A stretch of 62,879 nucleotides of DNA, filler included, from Octopus bimaculoides (lineage: Eukaryota): the NCBI RefSeq assembly GCF_001194135.2. It is 7 parts of 7 records of this genome, joined end to end, with 100 filler letters (N's around TTAATTAATTAA, not from the genome) between each part and the next. Parts side by side here need not be neighbours in the genome. Positions count along the whole stretch, not along the records: positions 54,123 to 62,879 come from NC_069010.1; 6 more parts are not named here. One strand, given 5' to 3'. Numbering within the stretch: position 1 is the stretch's first letter; each line of letters opens with the position of its first letter. The position numbers were made by a program, and so were the translations under genes. Under the pieces are notes generated by a model. It was not told the origin of the DNA and ran no database searches. It worked only from the letters and a program-made list of their open reading frames with translations. Below are positions 54,123 to 62,879 of this stretch, one piece after another.

Positions 54123-54238
54123 CTAATTATAATTATAATGTGGACTAACTATAATTATAATGTGGACTAACTATAATTATAATGTGGACTAATTCAAATT
54201 ATAATTATAGTGTGGACTAATTATAATTATAATTAGTC
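54123..54238. repeat. 22-bp minisatellite TGTGGACTAACTATAATTATAA (about 4 units)
   Basis: Seen directly, at a contig start. Confidence 0.9.
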
Positions 54239-55919
54239 ATGCAACTATATGCATGAGAATACATACATAAAACAAAACATACAGATTTCTGCACATACCT
54301 ACCTACCTACCTACCTACCTTCCTTCCTACCTACCTACCTTCCTTCCTTCCTACCTACCTTCCTTCCTACCTACCTACCTTCCTTCCTTCCTACCTACCT
54401 GCGTACGTACATACCTTCCTACCTACCTACGTACGTACCTTCCTACCTACCTACCTTCCTTCCTACCTACCTACCTACCTTCCTACCTACCTACCTACGT
54501 ACGTACCTACCTACCTACCTTCCTTCCTTCCTACCTACCTACCTACCTACCTANNNNNNNNNNNNNNNNNNNNNNNNNNNNNNNNNNNNNNNNNNNNNNN
54601 NNNNNNNNNNNNNNNNNNNNNNNNNNNNNNNNNNNNNNNNNNNNNNNNNNNNNGTATGTATGTATATATATATATGTATGTATATATATATATACATATA
54701 TATTTATATATGAATGTATGTATATATATCATCATCATCATCATCATCATCGTTCAACGTTCGCTTTCCATGGTAGCATGGACACTAAACTCCATGATGG
54801 AGCACCGCCTTTAGTCGAGCAAATCGACCCCCAGGACTAATTCTTCGTAAGCCTAGTACTTATTCTATCGGTCTCTTTTGCTGAACTGCTAAGTTACAGG
54901 GACGTAAACACACCACCATCTGTTGTCAAGCAATGTTGGGGGGGGGGGGACAAACACACACATATATAAATATATATATACGACGGGCTTCTTTCAGTTT
55001 CCGTCTACCAAATCCATTGACAAGGCTTCGGTCGGCCTGAGGCGATAGTAGAAGACAATTGCCCAAGATGCCACCCAGTGGGACTGAACCCGGAACCATG
55101 TGGTTCGTAAGCAAGCTACTTACCACACAGCCACTCCTATGCCTATGTATATATATGTTTATTTAAATATGTGTTTGTGTATATATATCAGGGTCATACT
55201 ACCTGGGTAGGCAAGGTAGGCAGTGCCTACTTTGAATAAAATAGATCAATAGTAACATTTTCCTTTTATGGCAAAATATGCACCTAATTCAATAAAATTA
55301 TGACGGTTACTGCAAAATATTTTATCTTTTTATAGATTAGGTAGGCATAATTCACCCCTACCTTTCAATCTTAGTATTAAAGCTATGCATATGACTGCTG
55401 TGGTACATGTGCTGCGTACATTCCTACAACAATGTTTTCTTTATGTGCAATAAAGGCAGAAGTAATTCTGCCTTCAACTCAGTCACTTACCTGTGTTTCG
55501 CTTATGTTTTTGTGTGTTTTACTACATAAAGGTCACCAACTGCCTATTCACGGCATGTGCCTGGTGTATATATATATGGAGTGGGCTTTAAGGATATCAC
55601 TAAATGCCTGGTTGGAGGGTCAACAGTTCAAGCTTTTTACAGGGTTTCGAAAAACTGAAGGACTGCTGTAATAAGCGTGTGAATCTTAGAGGGTGGATAT
55701 GTTGAGTAAAATTATAATTAATTGATCCTCTTGTATTTTCTTTTACCCAAAGCCGTAAACTTTTCATCACTCACTTGTATATATGTGTGTGTGTGTGTGT
55801 GTATACGAGTGTATGTGTGTATAGTTATGGACTTGTATGAGCATGTGTAAATGTATCTTTATAAGTATAAATTTATATGCATGCGTGCATGTACATATTA
55901 AAATATATATATATATTGG

Positions 55920-56506
55920 AATTTGAAATCGAAATCAAACTGAATCCAATGACTGGCACCCATGCCAACCTCTCCTTCATTGGACACTAAACTCTGCTTG
56001 CGAAGGCCTGTTCGAACAAGTGAAATCGTAATTGAACCATACTCGATGACTGGTCACCGTGCCAGTGGAGCACCAACAGCGCTGTTGAGCGTGTTCATTG
56101 CCAGAGCAGCTGTCTGGCTTCCGTGCTAGTGGCCCGTAAATAGCACCATTAGAGCGTAATTGTTACCAGTGTTGCCTTCAAGCACTTGTGCTGGTGGCAC
56201 GTTAGAAAATCTTTCGAGTGAGGTCGTTGCCAATGCCACTGGACTGGCTCTCGTGCAGGTGGCATGTAAAAAACACCTTTTTTGAGCATTGCCGTTGCCA
56301 GTACCATGTGACTGGCCCTCGTGCTGGTGGCACGTAAAAGCACCCACTACACTCTCAGAGTGGTGGGCGTAAGGAAGGGCATCCAGCTGTAGAAACTCTG
56401 CCAGATAAGATTGGAGCCTGGTGCAGCCTTCTGGCTTGCCAGTCTTCAGTCAAATCGTCCAACCCATGCTAGCATGGAAAACAGACGTTAAATGATGATG
56501 ATGATG

Positions 56507-56510
<4 letters not shown>
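55920..56510 (+). mobile_element. Element with internal 65-70-bp repeats and an RTE-like 3' tail ending in (GAT)n
   Basis: Tail AGGAAGGGCATCCAGCTGTAGAAAC...CCCATGCTAGCATGGAAAACAGACGTTAAATGATGATG; related copies at about 430-700 (-), 18780-18950 (-), 22050-22345 (+) and 61990-62520 (-). Confidence 0.6.
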
Positions 56511-56537
<27 letters not shown>

Positions 56538-56889
56538 TAGTAATTTTATTTGGGATGGTCATATTGTCTTATGCCAATTAACCATNNNNNNNNNNNNNNN
56601 NNNNNNNNNNNNNNNNNNNNNNNNNNNNNNNNNNNNNNNNNNNNNNNNNNNNNNNNNNNNNNNNNNNNNNNNNNNNNNNNNNNNNNNNNNNNNNNNNNNN
56701 NNNNNNNNNNNNNNNNNNNNNNNNNNNNNNNNNNNNNNNNNNNNNNNNNNNNNNNNNNNNNNNNNNNNNNNNNNNNNNNNNNNNNNNNNNNNNNNNNNNN
56801 NNNNNNNNNNNNNNNNNNNNNNNAAATGACCATCCCTAAATATAACATGTTTCAACACATGATTTCACATCAAGAATCTTGCAAAACAA

Positions 56890-56927
<38 letters not shown>

Positions 56928-57139
56928 TTGCCCCTTACATTGATAAGGGGCAAATACCCTGAAACTAGTCTGTAGATGCCAGACCAGCAAGGGGAAGTGG
57001 CTGACCTCCCCTGTTCGAAGGTTATAATGGACACAGTTTCGTGTCTCATAGCTAGCTAGAGGCGATGGCCTCTTGGAGCTAATCAACGGCAGCATTCGGC
57101 CTTTTTATTGGACTTCCAGGTTAGCTTGATGATAACTAT

Positions 57140-57410
57140 ATATATATAAATATATATATATATGGTGGTTGTCTACTCCTTAAACAGAGTTTAACCACCT
57201 CCTGCACCTACACCTTAGCCCTTTCATGGCGTCTGATGTGGCTTTTTAAACCAGACAGTGTTTTGAAAAAACACCCACACAGATTGCACCTCTGATTTGC
57301 ACTACCAATACCTGCAAGTAAGTTCTGCTCATTGTGGATCCTAACATGTCTTTTAAGACCCCCATTGGATTTGCAAACCCTCTGGCACACACCACATTCA
57401 AACGTGTGCA
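57140..57410 (-). mobile_element. Two C2H2-like fingers, probably the 3' end of a truncated RTE-like LINE
   Basis: CGVCQRVCKSNGGLKRHVRIH and CNLCGCFFKTLSGLKSHIRRH, no TGEKP linker, stop at 57208 followed by a short UTR and (TA)n tail. Confidence 0.5.
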
Positions 57411-57482
57411 CAGACATATAATCAGAATAGCTGATATATATATATATCTGTATGTATATATCTAAATATATATACATATATA

Positions 57483-57705
57483 GATGGCAGAATCATTAGC
57501 ACGCCGGGCGAAATGCTTACCGGTATTTCGTCTGCCGTTACTTTCTGAGTTCAAATTCCGCCGAGGTCGACTTTGCTTTTATCCTTTCAAGGTTGATTAA
57601 ATAAGTACCAGTTACGCACTGGGAGTCAATGTAATCGACTTAATCTCTTTGTCTGTCCTTGTTTGTCCACTCTATGGTTAGCCCCTGTGGGCAATAAAGA
57701 AATAT
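57483..57705 (+). mobile_element. SINE family B (representative copy)
   Basis: GGCAGAATCATTAGCACG...TTCTGAGTTCAAATTCCGCCGAGGTCGAC...AAGTACCAG; other copies at about 17205-17410, 17575-17760, 20050-20750 (three), 31420-31580, 34660-34860, 35005-35220, 39030-39190 and 40170-40380. Confidence 0.85.
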
Positions 57706-57830
57706 ATATACATACTAAAAATAACAGCTAAATCACCTTTAAATCACACGCAAAAAAGAAATTCTTTTTTGCATAATTGTATGAAAGCCCGTGCGTAGAA
57801 CACAAATTCACAAAAAGTTATGAGGGGTGC

Positions 57831-59000
57831 TTAACACTTTCGATACCAATCTGGCTGAAACCACCTCTGACTCTGTAGTCATGTTTTCATAAATTTTGAA
57901 TTAAAATCTTCCCCTAAACCTTAGCCACAATTTATGTTCCTAACACGAGCTTAATGATAACTAAATTATTTTACTAAATTCTTTGTTATATTTAAAATTA
58001 ACTGAAAGAAACACAGAGCATCTCAACAGAAATATGGTAACAAAAGGGTTAAAATATATAATAGAGAAACAATTCTTAACCCTTTTGATACCAACCTGGT
58101 TGAAACCAGCTCTGGCTCTGAGTACAAATGTCTTGTTTTCATAAGTTTTGAATTAAAATCCCTCACCAAACCTCAGTCACAATTTATGTTCATAACACTA
58201 GCTTAATGATAACTAAGTTATTTTACTAAATTATTCTTTGTTATATTTAAAATTAATTGAAAGAAACACAGAGCATCTCAACAGAAATATGGTAACAAAA
58301 GGGTTAAAATATATAATAGAGAAACANNNNNNNNNNNNNNNNNNNNNNNNNNNNNNNNNNNNNNNNNNNNNNNNNNNNNNNNNNNNNNNNNNNNNNNNNN
58401 NNNNNNNNNNNNNNNNNNNNNNNNNNNNNNNNNNNNNNNNNNNNNNNNNNNNNNNNNNNNNNNNNNNNNNNNNNNNNNNNNNNNNNNNNNNNNNNNNNNN
58501 NNNNNNNNNNNNNNNNNNNNNNNNNNNNNNNNNNNNNNNNNNNNNNNNNNNNNNNNNNNNNNNNNNNNNNNNNNNNNNNNNNNNNNNNNNNNNNNNNNNN
58601 NNNNNNNNNNNNNNNNNNNNNNNNNNNNNNNNNNNNNNNNNGAGCTTAATGATAACTAAATTATTTTACTAAATTCTTTGTTATATTTAAAATTAACTGA
58701 AAGAAACACAGAGCATCTCAACAGAAATATGGTAACAAAAGGGTTAAAATATATAATAGAGAAACAATTCTTAACCCTTTTGATACCAACCTGGTTGAAA
58801 CCAGCTCTGGCTCTGTAGTACAAATGTCTTGTTTTCATAAGTTTTGAATTAAAATCTTCCCCCAAACCTCAGTCACAATTTATGTTCATAACACTAGCTT
58901 AATGATAACTAAGTTATTTTACCAAGTTCTTTGTCATATTTAAAACTAATTGAAAGAAACTCAGAGCATCTCGAAATAAATACGGTAGCAAAAGAGTTAA
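57831..59000. repeat. Tandem array (about 250-bp period, at least 4 units, one gap) of a piggyBac-type MITE plus 23-bp spacer
   Basis: Units run TTAA-CCCTTTTGATACC...GGTAACAAAAGGG-TTAA, joined by an identical AATATATAATAGAGAAACAATTC spacer. Confidence 0.85.
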
Positions 59001-59889
59001 ACCAGAATTCTGGCTTTTGTTGTTTTGTTTTTGAGGGAAGAGGATAAGATTACGTATATATGTGTGCATTAGTTTATAAGTTTGTTTATGAGTTTCTGTT
59101 GCAAAATTCCTGTTGTGAAACTGTGTTAAAAACAGATATTGTATTTCAAGATGGTCATTTTCTTTTTTTTTTTCTTTGTGCCAAGTTAGCACAATGCACA
59201 GCATATTTGTTCTTTACTTGTTTATTACTGTTTTTATTTTAACTCGTGTCCATTGTTCGGAAACCTTTTTGTCACACATCTGTGATCTCTTCAGTGACTA
59301 TTTTTCCCCCCGTTCTTGTGTGTGCTTCTGCTCCACTTAATCCATTCTAAGTGTACTAAACTTAAAAAAAAAAATTAAAAAAAAAATCATCCCGAAATAC
59401 AACAATATATAGGAATGGCTGTGTGGTAAGTAGCTTGCTGACCAGCTTACCAACCACGTAGCTCCGGGTTCAGTCCCACTGCATGGCACCTTGGGTCAAG
59501 TGTCTTCTATAACCTCAGGCTGACTACAGGCCTTGTANNNNNNNNNNNNNNNNNNNNNNNNNNNNNNNNNNNNNNNNNNNNNNNNNNNNNNNNNNNNNNN
59601 NNNNNNNNNNNNNNNNNNNNNNNNNNNNNNNNNNNNNNNNNNNNNNNNNNNNNNNNNNNNNNNNNNNNNNNNNNNNNNNNNNNNNNNNNNNNNNNNNNNN
59701 NNNNNNNNNNGTGGACTTGGTAGACAGGAAACTGGAAGAAGCCCGTCACATATATATATATATATATATGTATGTACGTATTTGTGTGTCTGTGTTTGTC
59801 CCCCCCCCCCACCATTGCTTGACAACCGATGTTGGTGTGTTTACGTCCCTGTAACTTAGCAGTTCAGCCAAAGTGACCGATAAAATAAG

Positions 59890-60190
59890 TACTAGGCTCT
59901 CTTTCTCTCTCTGTGACTCTCTTTGCTTCTCTCTCTGCTCATTGCTTTTCTCTCTCTCTGCTTCTCTGTTACTCTCTCTCACTTTTCCCTTCTCTCTGTC
60001 TCTCTTTCTGTCTTTCTCTCTCTCTCTCTTTCTCATCTCCCTGCTCATTGCTTTTCTCTCTCTCTCTGCTTCTCTGTTACTCTCTCTCACTTTTCCCCTC
60101 TCACTGACTCTCTTTGCTTCTCTGTCTCTCTTTCTCTCTCTCTCTGCTTCTCTGTTACTCTCTCTCTCACTTTCCCCCTCTCACTGCCTC
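59890..60190. repeat. CT-rich compound tandem repeat
   Basis: Recurring CTCTCTGCTTCTCTGTTACTCTCTCTCACTTT blocks. Confidence 0.8.
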
Positions 60191-60689
60191 CTGTGTGTGT
60201 GTGTGTGTGCATCTATTAGTTTTTTTACTCAGTGGAGCAACCACACACAAGGCCTGTGTATTATTATGTAGGTTAGCGGTCGGTTTGACATTTTCTCCCT
60301 ATCTAAAAACACGTCTTCTCACTGTAAGTTGTTTGATGTGAGTTTAGTTGGTTACACAATTGTAAATAATCACAATATTACTTCCTCTCACATTGGCTTT
60401 CACCACCAACACCACCACCAACACCGACACTCCCACCCTCACTCCCACAACCTCTTTCCCTGTCTGCTGCTCTCTTTCTCCCTCTCCCCCTGTCTATTTG
60501 AACCTCTCTCTCTTTCTCTCTATCTCTGGAATTCTGTGGCTTAGTGGTTAGGGTGTCTGACTCGCAACCGTAAGATTGTGGTTTCAATTCCTGGAGCAGG
60601 CGATAATACATTGTGTTCGTGAGCAAAACCACTTCACTCCACTCAGCTGGCCATAATAAATAATCCTGCCTTCCATGGACTGGTGTCCC

Positions 60690-61150
60690 CTACTGGTGGG
60701 GAATAGGAGCACTCCGTCGGTTACGACGACGAGGGTCCCAGCTGATCCGATCAACGGAACAGCCTGCTCGTGAAATTAACGTGCAAGTGGCTGAGCACTC
60801 CACAGACATGTGTACCCACAACGTAGTTCTCGGGGAGATTCAGCGTGACATAGGGTATGACAAGGCCGGTCCTTTGAAATACAGGTACTACTCATTTTTG
60901 TCAGCTGAGTGGACTGGAGTCACGTGAAATAAAGTGTTTCGGGGTCGATAAATTAAGTACCAGTTACACACTGGGGTCGATGTAATCGACTTAATCCCTT
61001 TGTCTGTCCCCTCTATGTTTAGCCCCTTGTGGGCAATAAAGAAATAAGAAATAAAGTGTCTTGCTCAAGGACACAAGCATCGCCGGGAATTGAACTCACG
61101 ACCTTATGATCGTGAGTTGAATGCCCCTAACCACTAAGCCACGCGCCTTC
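60690..61150 (-). mobile_element. tRNA-headed SINE family C, interrupted by a family B tail
   Basis: Conserved core CACTTGCACGTTAATTTC...GATCAG; related copies at about 10800-11090, 11665-11880 and 4400-4600. Confidence 0.75.
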
Positions 61151-61379
61151 ATGCATGGGGAATACATACGCCATGGAAACTGGGAAACCAGCCCTTAAGG
61201 GTTCTATCTCTATCTCTTTGTTTCTTTCTCTCTTCTTCTTTCCCTCCCTCTCTGATTTTCTGTCTCTCATTGTCTACTGTCTTTCTATTTTTCTAACATT
61301 GCATGTGAATGAAGGTGTGTGTTTTACTTGTTTCAGCCATTAGGCTGCAGCCATCCTGAGGGTACAGTCTTCAAGCGTT

Positions 61380-61624
61380 TACAGTTCTATATTGAAGAGA
61401 AGAGGAATTATTTACATTATTTACAATTGATGGATATTTGTCCTCATCTTGTTTGTTGATAACACAACGTTTCGGCTGATATACCCTCCAGCCTTCATCA
61501 GGTGTCTTGGGGAAATTTCAAACCTGGGTTCTCATTCNNNNNNNNNNTTCAGGTCACTGACTGGAATCGAACTCGGAATCTTGGGGTTAGTAGCCCGTGC
61601 TCTTAACCACTATGCCATATGCCC
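61380..61624 (-). mobile_element. tRNA-headed SINE carrying the hammerhead motif
   Basis: A box TGGCATAGTGG, B box GTTCGATTCC, short N gap, then body GAATGAGAACCCAGG...CTGATGA...GAAAC and AT-rich tail. Confidence 0.7.
61461..61506 (-). ncRNA. Minimal type I hammerhead ribozyme motif inside a SINE
   Basis: Minus strand reads GACAC-CTGATGA-A-GGCTG-gagggtatat-CAGCC-GAA-AC/GT-T-GTGTT; complete core, loopless palindromic stem III (dimer type). Confidence 0.7.
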
Positions 61625-61667
61625 ATGGGCAATTATAGAGTGAATTTTTAGGGCTTATAAATCTAAT

Positions 61668-61812
61668 AAAAATAACATCGTAAAATACCTTAGGAATGAG
61701 AACCCAGGTTTGAAATTTCCCCAAGACACCTGATGAAGGCTGGAGGGTCTATCAGCTGAAACGTGTTAACAACAAACAAGATGAGGACAAAAATCCATCA
61801 AATGTAAATAAT
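61668..61812 (+). mobile_element. Second, 5'-truncated copy of the same SINE with a degenerate hammerhead (61725-61767)
   Basis: About 120 bp near-identical to the reverse complement of 61415-61537; C11.1 to T change and 3-nt deletion after GAAACGT. Confidence 0.75.
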
Positions 61813-62802
61813 GTTCAAGGGTTTAGTCGAACAAATCGACTCCACTATTTTTTTTCTTTTTCTAAGCTTATTATATTGGACTCTTTTTGCTGGACAGCCA
61901 AGATCGTAAACAAAAATGTAAACAAACCAACACTGGTTGTTAAGCAGTGGTGGTGGGGATGAACAGAAAGAAACACACACACACACTCATATACATCATC
62001 ATTGTTTAAAGTTTGCTTTCTTTGCTGGCATGGGTTGGACGTTTTGACTGAGGACTGGCAAGCCAGGAGGCTGCGCCAGGCTCCAATCTGACATGGTAAG
62101 GTTTCTACACATGGAATGCCCTTCCTAATGCCAACCACTCCAGGAGTGTAGTGGATGCTTTTTATGTGCCACCAGCATGGGAGCCAGTCTGCAGCACAAG
62201 CACTGACCATGTTTGGATGGTGTTTTTTACATGCCACTAGAATGGGAGCCAGTTTGGGGGCACTGGCATCGTCCATGTGCAGATGGTGCTTTTTACGTGC
62301 CAGTCAGGGGTCGCTGGCATTGACCGACGCTCGAATGGGACTTATTACATGTCACCAGCACGGGTGCTAGTCAGGCAGTACTGAACACGACTAGGATTTC
62401 GGTTTCACTTGATACAGGTCTTCCCAAGCACATCATATCGCCGAATGATTCAAGGATACTTTTAAATGGGCCCTGCCGGGTTGTCTCAATCACAGCATAT
62501 TTCCTAAGGTCTCAGTCACTTGTTATTGTCTCTATGGGACCCAATGTTCAGAGGTCGTGCTTCACCACCTCATCCCATGTCTTTCTGGGTTTATCTCTTC
62601 CCCAAGTTCCTCCCACTGTGTGCACACACACACACGCAAACTCATTTCTGACTTGGCTGTGTGGTAAGAAGCTTGATTCTAGCCACTTGGTTCCTGGTTC
62701 AGTCCTACTGCGTAGCACCTTAGGCAACTGTCTTCTACTATAGCCTTGGGCCAACCAAAACCTTGCGAGTAGATTTGGCAAATGGAAACTGAAAGAAGCC
62801 TG

Positions 62803-62852
<50 letters not shown>

Positions 62853-62879
62853 ATGTATATATGTATGTATGTATGTATG

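Noticed and set aside
55499-55529. 31-nt minus-strand segment (KTHKNISETQ, donor GTAAGT) as an upstream CC2D2A exon
   Set aside because: No recognisable similarity, and the intervening conserved C2 exon is missing
60535-60600. tRNA-like sequences (also 10800, 11670, 14580, 61080-61150, 61550-61624)
   Set aside because: A and B boxes are present but no complete cloverleaf, and they continue into SINE bodies

Overview
AT-rich, gap-ridden eukaryotic scaffold, very probably an octopus (inferred from the SINE/LINE/MITE repertoire and the (TA)n/(CA)n/(CAT)n density; not verifiable here). Supported protein-coding content: (1) the last 11 exons (484 aa plus stop) of a CC2D2A/MKS6 orthologue on the minus strand (23646 to 13989), all GT-AG and phase-consistent, with no further exons found beyond the first artificial assembly linker; (2) a single-coding-exon Tctex-1-family dynein light chain gene (7866 to 7393, minus). 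A symmetric NRF1/ETS-like promoter lies at about 11976-12039 and a 5S rRNA pseudogene at about 11533-11654. Most of the rest is tRNA-derived SINEs, LINE remnants (CR1/L2, Tx1/L1, R4/Dong-like, RTE-like), DNA-transposon MITEs, microsatellites and N gaps. Six 100-bp N44-TTAATTAATTAA-N44 spacers are assembly artefacts. The most unusual signal is two unrelated type I hammerhead ribozyme motifs: one at 24108-24199, and a minimal one carried inside a tRNA-headed SINE at 61380-61624 with a second degenerate copy next to it. Nearly all long ORFs in the supplied track are spurious (N runs or microsatellites). All family assignments come from reading the sequence and recalled consensus motifs; no searches were run.
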